Shown: in pieces, positions 13,850 to 26,074 of the stretch
Layout: every line of letters starts with the position of its first letter
Position numbering within the stretch: the first letter of the stretch is position 1
Assembly (NCBI GenBank): GCA_015680685.1
Contig: MNCI01002657.1
Location: forward strand, 1 to 64,000
Direction: 5' to 3'
Length of the DNA stretch: 64,000 nt
Source of the DNA: Gnetum montanum
Taxonomy: Eukaryota; Plantae; Gnetophyta
Notes under the pieces: generated by a model
The model's input: only the letters and a program-made list of their open reading frames with translations
Told to the model about the DNA's origin: nothing
Database searches by the model: none
Translations under genes and position numbers: made by a program

Positions 13850-14873
13850 TAAGCATCAAGAACTTAGAAGGATGGATGAATTCATATTTAAAATTTGTAC
13901 CTTTAGAATTTTTTTCTTTAAAAATTTCATTTTAAGGGCACCACACCCTATACAAGCACTGAGCTTCACACTGAAGTGTTTCATCACTATGAAACCACTC
14001 AACCATACAAGGTTCCAACAAGCTTAGTATGTGGTTTCAAGGATCTCATAACATTTACAAAATTGAGCTCCGCTTTGAAGTATTTTGATGTTGCAAAACC
14101 ACTCAATCTTGTAAGATCCCAACAAGCTCAATATAGATGCCTTCTCGCAAGAAATACATCAACCTTATAGGGCAACAAGAAAGAATGTAACTACAATTAC
14201 AAGACCTTGTCATTTAGACTTAAATTAGCATAAAAATAAGAAAATGATGTGACAATGAAGGAAAAGAATACAATAGCATAAATATGACAATGATTTCATT
14301 AATGTTAACCATGCTTGCCCAATTTACAAGAATTTGGAATCTTCTTATAACATTAGAGTTTTCAAAAATACCTTAGAATTCATGCAACAACTAGTATATA
14401 CATCTACTTTAAAGTTGGAATATGTACTTAAGTTCAACATCAATTCTAGAGAGATGTCTCCTTGGAGAATGGGATGTCTCTTAGTATACATTTCTAGGGA
14501 GATGTCTTATTTCCAAAGCAGATGTCTCATATTTTTTAAAGAAGTCTTCCTATGAATCCATCCTTCTCGACTAAGACATCTACTATTTCTTGGAGACATA
14601 TCCTCAACATTGGAAATCTAGTTTTTGAGGGTTTCTCTCATTTGATTTGGCTTCTTCGCAATCCTTGGAGCATCTTCGATTTGTTTGTAGCTTTTTTTTT
14701 TCATCCTTATGTATCCATGCTCTCTCATGTTTCCTATGAATTCTTTGCTTTGAAAACCTATTGTAGATTTCATTCCCTTAAGTCCTTATTCATATCTTGC
14801 AAAATCATTCCATTCCACAGACATTCTATGTTCTCCATTTTCCTTAAGCTTTTGATGTACTAAAAGGTCAACA
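13850..14873 (-). repeat. SIRE 3' LTR
   Basis: Colinear with 19192-20324 (shared ccaacaagctt, aaaaccactcaatct) but ~100 bp shorter. Confidence 0.9.
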
Positions 14874-14889
14874 ATCTCCCCCTTTTTGG
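14874..14889 (-). promoter_or_regulatory. Polypurine tract
   Basis: Reverse complement reads ccaaaaagggggagat and abuts the TGTTG LTR start, as in SIRE elements. Confidence 0.9.
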
Positions 14890-15299
14890 AGAAGTCCAAA
14901 AATTAATAAAATGGGTGATTAGATAAATAATTTAAATAACAATAATCAATAAAAGTATTAATAAATAGAAATTCCAATTGCAGCTAAGGTTATAACTAGG
15001 ATAATGACTCTAAAGCTCAAGGCATAGGGTAGATATCACATGAAATATAAAATGAAGCTATACTATGCAAAGGTAAAATTTGCCTCCATAATAATGCAAC
15101 AAAACACATAATCATGATATAGAAGCATAATTTATTCATAAACTATCCACAAACTATCCATATTACATATAGTCATTGAAATATCCTCAACATGTATAAA
15201 AATGACATATATGCAAGTCCACAACAAAAATCACATGTATACATCATCAAAAAATTGTCTTCCCCTTTCTATACATCATCAAAAAGGACTCTAATCACT

Positions 15300-16850
15300 G
15301 ACCTTTATGACATCACTAAAATCCTTATTTGAAGTAGCTACAGCTCAAGAAGGTTTGTAGGTCTCCTCCTAATCATCATCGGTGTTGGTATTGGTGCTAG
15401 AAACATGCTGCTTATTATCATAAGCTAAAGAAGGTGGCTAGACTAGAGCTCTTCATGGACAAAGCTTCACTCAAAATCAAGATGAAGCTAGTGGATCTAG
15501 CTAGGATGAAGCCTATTGAGAGGATGAGGAAGCTCCCTTCCTTTGGTAGGTGAGTTGATCAGTAGGTCTCCTATGGGAAGAAGTTTCAAATATGTCCTCC
15601 ATAGCCTACTACTCAAAAGCCATTAGAGCATCATCTTGAGGGTAGGAGCTATGTCCTAGCTGCATGGTATCAGAAAGATTTCCCTAGACACATGCCCATG
15701 ATGCATTAGGCTTATCTGAGTCAGAGGAATTTCTTGAGTCATAGGCCTAGGAAGGCCTAGCTAATGCTAAATGTCTAGGAGGGGCAAGAAGGCCCTCCTC
15801 ATTATCTGAAATGGAAGGAGTGGTGATCTCCTTAAATTTATTCCCATCAAGAGGAAGAGGTATGTTGGTTTTGTTCATTATCTTGTAGAGGTAAGAGAGA
15901 TTCCTACCATTCATCCCCAAGGTATAAGCAAATGGCTGAAGCAACTTTTTTAGCAAAAATATTACTTGATTACTAGCTAATTTGGATGTTCTCAACTAAG
16001 GAGAGGCCTAAGATGGTGATGAAGATTTCTTCTGTTGGAATTTTAGAGGCTTGATGCTAGTTTTTTCTTCCTCAACAAGGGTGGAGCTCCTCTTTAAGCA
16101 AAGACATATCAAGAATGAACAAAACCCTCAATCAAATCAACTAGCTAATGATGTGAGGGTTCCCAAGGATTCTCTCATTGGTGAACAAATCCAACATGTC
16201 ACGATAAAGAGTATGACCTTAATCCAATGGTTTTCATATAAGAAGGCAGTACAAAACAAATGAGTGGAAATGAAATAAATAATTATAGCTTCTCCATTTT
16301 TCAATGATGTTATCAAAATAATGAGTGATAGGATGGAAGCATCTGGGACTATTTGACTTCTATAAATCCTTCCACTATGAAAAGACACTGACACCTTAAA
16401 TAGAGCATCACAAAATTCATCTTGTAAGATCAAGATTGCACCATTCATAAAAATGTCACTCATGGAATGAATGATAATCCTAAACACATTATCACTAGAA
16501 ATCCTAAGAAGTGCATTGACAACTTGAGGAGACACATCGATTAGCAAATCCCCAACCATGGTAGTAGAGGTTCGAACAAAAGCATTCATAATGAATATGT
16601 TGTTATAAAATTCTCTAATGAGAATTTTAGACATAAAAAATTCATATAGATAAATATGATTCAATTTAATAGTTAAAATAAGCTCATCAACTCCTTCAAC
16701 CTATGTTGTGTAAAAGAAAGAGAATGCTTAGAGATGATGGAAATGGTTCAAGTTACCTCAAACAAGTGTTGGGCATTAATGGATCTAAACTAGGGGTTGT
16801 AGGTGCTTGGATTGCTGGTGGATGCTCCCTTTGACTTCTTGTTTGGTAGT
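15300..16850 (-). pseudogene. SIRE extra (env-like position) ORF remnant
   Basis: ORF 16137-16664 contains LIREFYNN, resembling the LVREFYAN motif of plant LTR extra ORFs. It lies between gag and the PPT. Confidence 0.65.
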
Positions 16851-16929
16851 GTCCTTGGTTGAAATGTAGCACTTGTTGATACTTTAATCTTTGAAGAAGC
16901 CTTTTGTTTGAATGAAGTTTGTGTAAACG

Positions 16930-19136
16930 CTTCTTCTTATAAATAACATCCTAGTCCAATTTTATTGTGTGGAATTTTTCCTTGTCCAAGAACCATCTAA
17001 AGAAATTCTTTTTCGTTGATTAGCCTCTCATTTACAAGTTTAGCATCTGCAAGTTCTTACTTAATCTTCTCATAAGATAGGGTTAGCTTATTATTATTAG
17101 CTATTAGGTCCAAGATTTCATTTGTGAAATCATTATATGTAATGAAGAAATGTCTTGATCATTGGTTTTTATTTGCTTATTCAACTTTATATAGACTTTT
17201 AAAAAATAGAAGCTCCTTACATAATAGGTCATTTCTCTCCTTTTCATTTTCAAATCGATCATCACCCGAGAGGCTAGCATCATCATCTATGAGAGCCATA
17301 CAAATGAGATGTAAATATTTTGCATCATATTCCACTTCTTCTTTACATTGTTCTCCATCATTGAAACTTGTATAGAAGTTAGCCTTTTTCATATCCATAT
17401 CATTCCCATATTTTTGTTACAACCTACCATTGATCGGACATTTGGAGGTCACATGGTGTCTTCCACAACATATCCAACATTGTATTAAAAAGGCATCAAA
17501 ATTTGATTTTGAAGAATTCTTACTTCTATCCTTACCTTTTATGTTGAATTGGTTGGGTCCTTAGTGATTGAAGTTCTTTTCTATTTTTTCTAAAATCCTT
17601 TCAATCCTTCTTGATAGAAAGGCAATTTCTTCTTGATTGTTCATATCTCGATCTTCTAGGTCCTTCTCTTTGGATGCTAATTCCAAGGTAATGGACTTCT
17701 CTTTTATGGCACCTTCACTTATGAGATTAATTTCATAAGTAATAAGAGTACTTTGGAGCTCCTCAAATTTTAGAACCAAAAAATATCTAATCTCTTCCAT
17801 AGTTATAACCTTAGGTCCAAATTCCAATTGGAGTGTCCTAATAATTTTTATTATTACATCACTTTTGAGCAAGTCCTTGCCTATACCCCTAATTGCTACA
17901 ACTAGATCATTGGTCCTAGAAACATAATCTTTTATCTTCCCACCTTCTCTGATTTTAAGTTTGTCATACTCACTTTGCAAGACCAAAATTTTAGATTACT
18001 TAACTATGGATGTACCCTCATACATAGCCTCTAATGTTTTCCAAATTTCCTTAGTTGTTCTACATCCAGCTATTCTATTAAATTTAGACTTATTTAATGC
18101 ACAATATATACAATTTTTTTCTTTCTTTTCTAGAGTTATTCATTTCTTCTTCACTTTTCTTACCATCATCCTAGCTAGTGTAAAAGTTGGTCTTTTTCAT
18201 ATCCACACTAGTCCTCTCTTTTCATTGAAACTTATCATTGCTAGAGCATTCAAAGGCCACATGGCCTCTTCCTCCACATTTCCAACATACTATTGAGAAA
18301 GCATCAAAATTAGAATTTGAATAATTTTTACCTTTAGAGGTGGATTGATTGAAACCTAATTGATTAAGACTTCTTCCCTTTCTTATAAGAAGTCATTGAA
18401 CTCTTCTTGAAAGAAGAGTTATTTCCTCTTTACTACTCACATCCTATTTAGTAGGTTCCTTTTCCTTAGATGTTAATTATAAGGCAATGAGATTTTCTTT
18501 TATTTTCCCTTCACTTATGAGATTCATTTCATAAGCAATAAGAGCACTTTGGAGCTCTTCAAATTTTAGAACCAAAAAATCTTTAATCTCTTCCATAGTT
18601 GTAAACTTAGGTCTAAATTCTGGTTGGAGTGTTCTAATCATTTTTATTATTACATAACTTTTAGGTAATTCCTTGCCTGTACTCCTAATTACAATGACTA
18701 GATTATTTTCCCTAGAAAAATAATCCTTTATCTTTTTACCTTCTTTCATTTTGAGTTTGTTGTACTCACTTTGCAAGACCAAAAGTTTAGATTGTTTAAC
18801 TATGGATGTACCCTCATACATAGCTTCCTAGGTTTCTCAAATTTTCTTAGCAATTGTACATCCAGCTATTCTATTAAATTCACAATTATTTTACGCACAA
18901 TAAAAATAATTTTTTACTTTGGAATCATACATAAACTTATCTTTTTCTTTTGATGTTCATTGGCTCCTTGGCTTGATGGCCTTTGTTGCACTATTGGCAA
19001 GAGGTGTATAGCCTTCAAGGATGAATTCCGATACCTCAAACCTCATTGACTTAACGAAGCCTTGCATCCTTGCCTTCTAATAGGCAAAATCAAATCCATT
19101 GAACATTGGCAGCTTTGTGTAGGATGTTTCTTCCAT
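16930..19136 (-). pseudogene. SIRE gag with duplicated UBN2 segment
   Basis: N-terminus MEETSYTKLPMFNGFDFAY*KARM; UBN2-like ORFs 18477-18821 and 17561-17986; knuckle CWICCGRHHVTSKC at ~17440-17480; KIGLG at ~16950. Confidence 0.88.
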
Positions 19137-19177
19137 AGTGCACTCTTAAAAAACGAAGCTGAACATAAGAGTACTAG

Positions 19178-19189
19178 GCTCTAATACCA
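19178..19189 (-). promoter_or_regulatory. Primer binding site, tRNA-Met
   Basis: Reverse complement tggtattagagc versus canonical TGGTATCAGAGC, next to the LTR. Confidence 0.9.
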
Positions 19190-19191
19190 CT

Positions 19192-20324
19192 TGAGGATCA
19201 AGAACTTAGAATAGGGGGATGAATATGTTTTGAATTAAAATTGTACCTACCACATAAAGCACAAAAATGTATGTTGTTACCCAACTTTGATACTTCTACA
19301 CTCGAAGGATAGAATCCATGCACACCTCCAAACTTTGTTTCTTTATCAAATATGGTTTGAAGGACACCATACCCTATACAAGCATTAAGCTTCACATTGG
19401 AGTGTTTCATCATTGTAAAAGCACTCAACCCTGGAAGGTCCCAACAAGCTTCGAATGTGATTTTAAGGATCCCATAACCTTTACAAAATTAAGCTTCACT
19501 CTGGAGTGTTTTGCTGCTACAAAACCACTCAATCTCATAAGATCATAACAAGCTCAATATTGATTCCTTCTTCTAAGAATCATGTCAACTCCATAGGACA
19601 ACACAAAAAAGAAAAGATACAAGGAAATAATATAAATACAATTACAATTCCTTTTTGTTGAAGTTCAATTTAACATACAATTAACATAAAACTAAGTAAA
19701 TGATGTGACAATGAAGGATAAGAGTACAAGAGCATAGATATGATAATGATTGATTTGATGTGAATAACACTTTCTTAATTCCCAAGAATTTGATGTCTTC
19801 TTATAACTTCATAGTTTCTAAAAACACCTCAGAACTCATGCAATGACTACCCAATAGCTAGTGTAGATGTCTCCTTTGAAGTTGAGTTGTCAACCTAAGA
19901 CATGCCTTAATTCTAAAGAGATGTCTCATTTTGAAGTGGGATATCTCTAGGGAGACATCTACTATTTTCTAAGAGATCTCTACTTATGATTTCTTTCTTT
20001 TCATCAAAGATGTCTACTATTTCTTGGAGATGTCTGCTTAACTCTTTGAACTCTAGTTCCTAAGGCTTTTTCTTGTTAATTTTTCTTCCTAATCCTTGAA
20101 GCATTGTCATTTGGTTTCTAGTCTTTGGTTTTAGTCCATGCTTATTCATGTTCTCATGTTGGTTCATAAGATCTTCACTTTGTCAACTCATTATAGATCT
20201 CAATTTTCCTAAGTCCTTAGTCCTTATGTGGAGTTCTTGTTCATGTCCTATAAACATACCATCCACAACAAACATTCTTTATTCTCCATTTTCCTTATGG
20301 TTTTGACATATCAAAAGGTCAACA
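19192..20324 (-). repeat. SIRE 5' LTR
   Basis: TG...CA ends and homology with 13850-14873. Confidence 0.9.
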
Positions 20325-20399
20325 TACTAAAGAGAAGAAAGCCCCTAATCATGGTACTATTCAAGTAACATGAGATTAACTTCTAAACTTGAGTCACAA

Positions 20400-23300
20400 A
20401 GGGCTAGTTAATGATCCTTTTCACTAATCTAAGCATCCATCATGGGACTACTAGGATTTGATCTCTTTTCAAAAAAAAAAAAACATTACTCTTTAACTAC
20501 TCATGCTACCCTATGGACATTGAAATGATGACAACATCATCATCAAATGTCATCATGCTATCCCTGCTAGACATAGCCTAGGAACTTATTCCCAAAGTAG
20601 ATATTATTATTAAATTATGATCATATATATTTCTTGAGATCTCATAAGAATGGACTTTCATTTTTCTTGAATGACTTTCATCTCCACAAGATGGATAGGA
20701 GGATATAGACCTAGTCACATGATTCTCACATCTGTGTTTATAGTAAAATTTCCTACTACATAACCTCAAACTTCATCCTGGAACCAAATCAATAGATGTT
20801 TGGTAATATTTTCTAGAGTAGGAATAGAATAAGGATGAATACCATAGGTAATATTACGTGATTAAGCTTATCTTGGTTGTATTTGAATGGTAATCCACCT
20901 TGCATGGGATCATAAAGTAGAAGATACTACTATTGGGAAGCTTGGTTGGTAGGATTATTAGGAATAAGTAGGTATCACTAAGGTATCATTATTAATATTT
21001 GATAGATACCCTACTTGTGAATCTTGGAAATAAGGATTAGGTAGGGGCATCATCTATTGTTGTATTAGAGAAGGAAGATTCCCAAGGATTTGGAATTTGC
21101 TACAACTGGTATTACAACATGACCTATGGATAAGAACCACTTGAATACTATGCAAGGTCATGGTATGGAGTCCATATTATCAACATCTTGATGAATTTGA
21201 AATTAAAAGTTATCCCAAATTATTCCATCTCACCAATCATGTGAGCCATGATTGGACAACATTGAGAATCATGAGAGTCTATGTAATATTCACAAGGACT
21301 CTTATTATCAGAAGAAGATGTAAAAACCCCATTTGAATAGCCTTGAATGCTCTAGGAGTAAGATAGCCTTCCTTTACCCTTACCATCATATCTATTTCTT
21401 TGTTCACTTGATGAAATTACTTTGGTTGCAACCTCAACCACCTTATCCTTAATGTCCTTAAGAGTAGTGGTCATCTTCTCATCCATCATATCTTGGACCC
21501 AATCTACATGATGGGCCAAGTCTATCAAGGCTTTTTTTTTCTAACCTAATTCTAATTAAGAGCCTCAACTACAATAGGAAGTTTGGAAATACCTTTAATA
21601 TTTTTAACTTCTTACCTGTGTGATGGATTATGATTATGCTCAGTTTACTGTTGCTTCTGCCATTCATCTTCCATGATTGAAACGATGTTCAAGAGCACCT
21701 TGATTTGAGCCATGGACTTTTTACATACATGGCCTATTACATAGATGTTCATGCACTCTCTTGTCTCCAAACTTACCTCCTCAATGATATGCATCAACTA
21801 CACTCTTTGGCTAAAATCATGGTTCTAATAGTAGTGGGTAGTTTTCATGTACCTCTCCATGATGATATTAAGAGGCTCTTAGTCTCCTTCCCTTAATCTA
21901 GCAAATTCCTTTTAGATTTTTGAGATTCAAAAATAATTCTAACATTTTATATAGAATACCTTGACCATATCTACCCATTTTTGGATTGATCACAGAGGCA
22001 AAGATTTACACTAGGTTTCTACATGTTCAGTGAAGGTGTGAGGAAATAGCCACAACTTCTACCAATTACTTGTGATTTCTTAAAGATAGTAAGCATTATC
22101 AAAGGTGTGCACATGAAGCTAGGGATAATCACTAGTATACTTTCTATCGATTGGTACATTATCCATGTTAATCCTTTTGAACCTACTTTTCTAACCATGC
22201 TCCCTTGGACTATATACAACTTTGGTCAACTCATGATAATTACCCAAGTCAAACAAATAAAAATCATCATTACCACTAGTAAGTATACATAAATGCAAGT
22301 GTTGAAACCTAGAAAGGAGATCATTATGTTGAGCTACACTTGATGTGAAGTTACCTAACTAGGGACATTAGTAGTGGCTTGGCCCTTTATCCTTCTTATT
22401 TTATTTGGCATCTTGCTTCCCATATAATTGGTTCGATGAAAAGATATGGCCAAAAAATCCTTTTGCCATCTAATCCTAAAGACCTTACATGTACAAAGGC
22501 TCATAATCATTTTGCATAGATTCATGAATCTTGTACACTTCATGTTCATTTTCAATCCCTATATTGATTAAGGCATCAATGATATCATTAGGTGTAGCAA
22601 TAATCTAATCTCTTGGAAATTGGCCATGAGCATCACTCCTTCTCCCTTACTTATCTTGATGACAAGAAAACATCACTAGTGGAAGGGTCTTATATTCAAA
22701 AGTAGTGAAATCCCTTCTTCTTTTTCATGCATTACTAGAGGTCTTTGATGAGCTCTCAGCACTCTCTGCCATTTTGATTACATTCATGATAATGTACATA
22801 CACAAAAATAAAACACATAGTGGAATTGAATAAAGTTAAAATCACAAATGTACAAGTATTTCTAGATAATTCATCAATGCTCTTGTTGTAAACAATACTC
22901 ATGATAGGAGTCCCACTAGTTTTGTATCAAAGGAATATATCATACAAATCACAATGCAGTTTGATCATAAGCTTCAAGGATGATGCTGAGTGGATTGCAA
23001 AGAACACTTATGTATATTGTTATGTTCAATAAATACAAAAGATATTATAATATATGTCATACAGATAGAAACCCATGTTGTTGTAGTGTGAGATTAAGAA
23101 AATATTTATAATTTTATGTTTTATGCCTTTTTTATAGATTTTATTTTTATGAGAAACAAATAAACAATGATAAACATACATGCATTGCAATCTTACTTGG
23201 GAATAGGGATAAAGCGCATGTTGCAATTCCTCAAGAAATAGATGCAACACCACACATACAGATGCACATACAAAGTATAATGAATGGCTCTTAGTAATAG

Positions 23301-24100
23301 CCTTAGTGGCCCAACACCATGTCATAGAGTTATGACCTTCTTGGATAAATTTCAATCATCATAGCTTACAAAAATGAGGAAATAAATATTTTTTATGATT
23401 TTAATATTTTATAATATTTTTGGTATTTTAATGTTTTAGGTATAAACAGTGAAAAACTAACAAAAATAATAAGCTTTATTTACTACACAAACACTAGACT
23501 CTGCATTGACTAAATAGTTCCAAGCTACATAAGAAAGCTAGTACCCTGATAGAGTCTAGCTATACTTGTGAAAGAGACGAATCAAAACACATAAAACAAG
23601 GAAGGAATTATGTACCCAAAAAAGGAAGAGCTCTTTACATGAAACTACATGCCAAAATTCCAAAATGAAATAGTTGAACATAAGTTAATTTCATAGGGAG
23701 CTCATCTTGAGTATTTATAATTTTCACAAGACAATGGCAAGGGTTCACTAGTGGCCAAGCTTCAATGGAGGTCCTTCAACATAGCCTAGATAACTCAAAA
23801 TATATCCAAAGTGGCCAAAGAGGCAAAGTACCCAAACTAGGACATCAAGAAGGGTGAATCAATATCTCTATGCTAACATAGGGGGTGCGCTAGCATAGGG
23901 AAGCCAACACATCCTTATCATCATAATTTACTCTTGTCTTTCCAAATCAAAGCCAATAGGCCTAGGAATAAGTTAGAATCTTTTGATGGTCTCCAAATAA
24001 AGTTGGAAACTTCCTAAAAAGCTTTAAACATGTCCCAAATCAATGAGTAAGAAAAATAAGTTAACAATGCATACCTAAAAAATAGAAACCTCAACCATGT
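20400..24100 (-). mobile_element. Decayed Gypsy-like gag remnant (~20400-22780) with upstream LTR-like sequence
   Basis: Minus translation has DGKGKG and a knuckle-like CEYYIDSHDSQC at ~21260-21300. Stop-riddled; lineage uncertain. Confidence 0.4.
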
Positions 24101-24129
24101 ATGTGAAAATCATAAACATAGGATGCATT

Positions 24130-24371
24130 TGAGACATCCCAAATCTATGGCTTACAATTAACTTACAAAATGCTACTAGATGACTCATTAGATGTTGAAG
24201 GAAGATAACCCCATGCAGCCCTCAAAGTATAACCTAAATACATTATTCCATATTAATAAAGAATTCCTTTCTTTTTCTCTTTTTGCATTTTCCTATTATT
24301 TTCTTAATGCATAATATCAAATGGAAAGTATCTTTGGCATTTTCCATGATATTTAGGAATGGGATGTCACA
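24130..24371 (+). repeat. Partial LTR of the same family as 43990-44561
   Basis: 24170-24330 matches the reverse complement of 44090-44245 and the segment ends gggatgtcaca. Confidence 0.75.
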
Positions 24372-24899
24372 AACAAAGTTATGACTATGTTACATGATGA
24401 TTGTAGATTTGTGAATGTTTTATAAATGATATTCCAAATTAATGATCTATCATCCTACACTGTAGATTAATTCATTTGAACTATAAGGGCTCTTCAAAAA
24501 CTGAACATGTGAGCTTCACCAAGGAAAGATAATACTATTACAGTTTAAGAGCTAAGTAACTAAATTATGACTATATTAATTATTTTATTACTTGATACAT
24601 GTATAAAGAAATAATTCTTTATATTTGCATCATTAATAATAGTTTTATAAATAATATGAATTCTTATAAATATTACTTTATAGAGTTTAAGGAAGATAGT
24701 AGTCGTAGGTGCATCAATTTGATGATGGAACATAAGTAAAACTTGAATGCATTGGTAAGTATCAAGTATGTCTTTAGGATGCTTATCCAATTCTAGTCCA
24801 TCATATTATGTGAAAGATAGATGATAGGGCTTAAAAATTCTTTGATCCACTAGAAAAGAAGTATCATATATTAAAAATTATGATTTGTGATAAGTAAAC

Positions 24900-26074
24900 T
24901 TTGAGTCTAACTCATTCTACAACCAAAAACAAGATAAGAAGATGGAAAAGAACACCATTCTTACCATGAAGAATATACAATAGGATAAGCATTAATGCTT
25001 GAAAATGATTTAACATTGATTTAGCATAGTTAATTATGTTTCATATGACAAACAAGAAAATAGGTTGGGATACAAAATTAGAAAGAAGGAGGTAACTATA
25101 CTAATTGCCAAAGCCAAACATAAAATCTTGGATAGCTTTTATGAGAAATTATAAATAAAAGAAGAAAAAAATTCTTTTTATAAATTAGAAAAAATAAGAA
25201 ATGTAAGAATATTAATCACATCAAATTCCTTAAGAAAATAGATGATAGAGAGGCTAGAGATATACTCTTATGATACTTTTAGAGGAAAAATCTCCTAATA
25301 AATATATTAAAGTGATTCTAGACATTGATGAAGGGGATAACACTAAAATTTAGACTTGTGGTATAATGCTTGATTTTTCAGTCATAGTAGGTCTACATCA
25401 AGAATATATAATTAGCATGTACTTATTTCCCATTATTTTGAATGAATTAATAAAGAAAATATAAGATGAAACTCCTTGGTATATGCTATTTAAAAATGAT
25501 CTTGTGTTGCTGGATACAACTAGAGAAAATATTGTTTTTAAAATAGAGAAGTAGAGACATGCTCAAAAATCAAAAGGCTTAAAAATTAGAAAAATTAAGA
25601 TAAATTATATGTAATTAAATTTTAAAAATAACATAAATAGTGATGAAATATAAGTAATAATTCAAGGCCAAATATCCCTCCATGCAAATAGTTTTACTAC
25701 CTAGGATCAATCCTCCAATTAGATGGTAAAAATGATAAAGATATAATAGAGTTGAGACAGGATAGTCAAAATGGATATATGCTAGTTATTTTTTATACCA
25801 TAAAGGAACACCAATAAAATTGAAAGGAAAATTTTATAGGATACTAATCAAACATACTATCTTCTATGTACAAAACATTGGATAGTAAAAAATAGGCATA
25901 AATAAAAAATTAGTAAAATAGAACTATGAATGCTTGGATGGATGCTTTATGTTACTAGAAGAGATAAACTACATAATATATATATTAGAGAAAGACTTGA
26001 AGTTACTTATATTTTGGAAACTTAGATGATTTGAACATATGAAAAGAATATCAAATAATAAATTTATAAATAAC
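24900..26074 (+). mobile_element. RTE-clade LINE reverse transcriptase fragment, internally deleted
   Basis: ~25390-25520 translates to VGLHQ..ISMYLFPIILNEL..I*DETPWYMLFKNDLVLLD, matching the RTE consensus GLHQGSALSPYLF..VPWCMLFADDIVL. Downstream YLGSI and KLKGKFYR are present. Confidence 0.85.

Larger units (their letters stand above)
13850..20324 (-). mobile_element. SIRE (Sirevirus/Maximus) Copia element, two LTRs, gag + extra ORF, no pol
   Basis: LTR pair 13850-14873 and 19192-20324, both ending aaaaggtcaaca. Met PBS, SIRE-type PPT and UBN2 gag are present. Confidence 0.88.
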
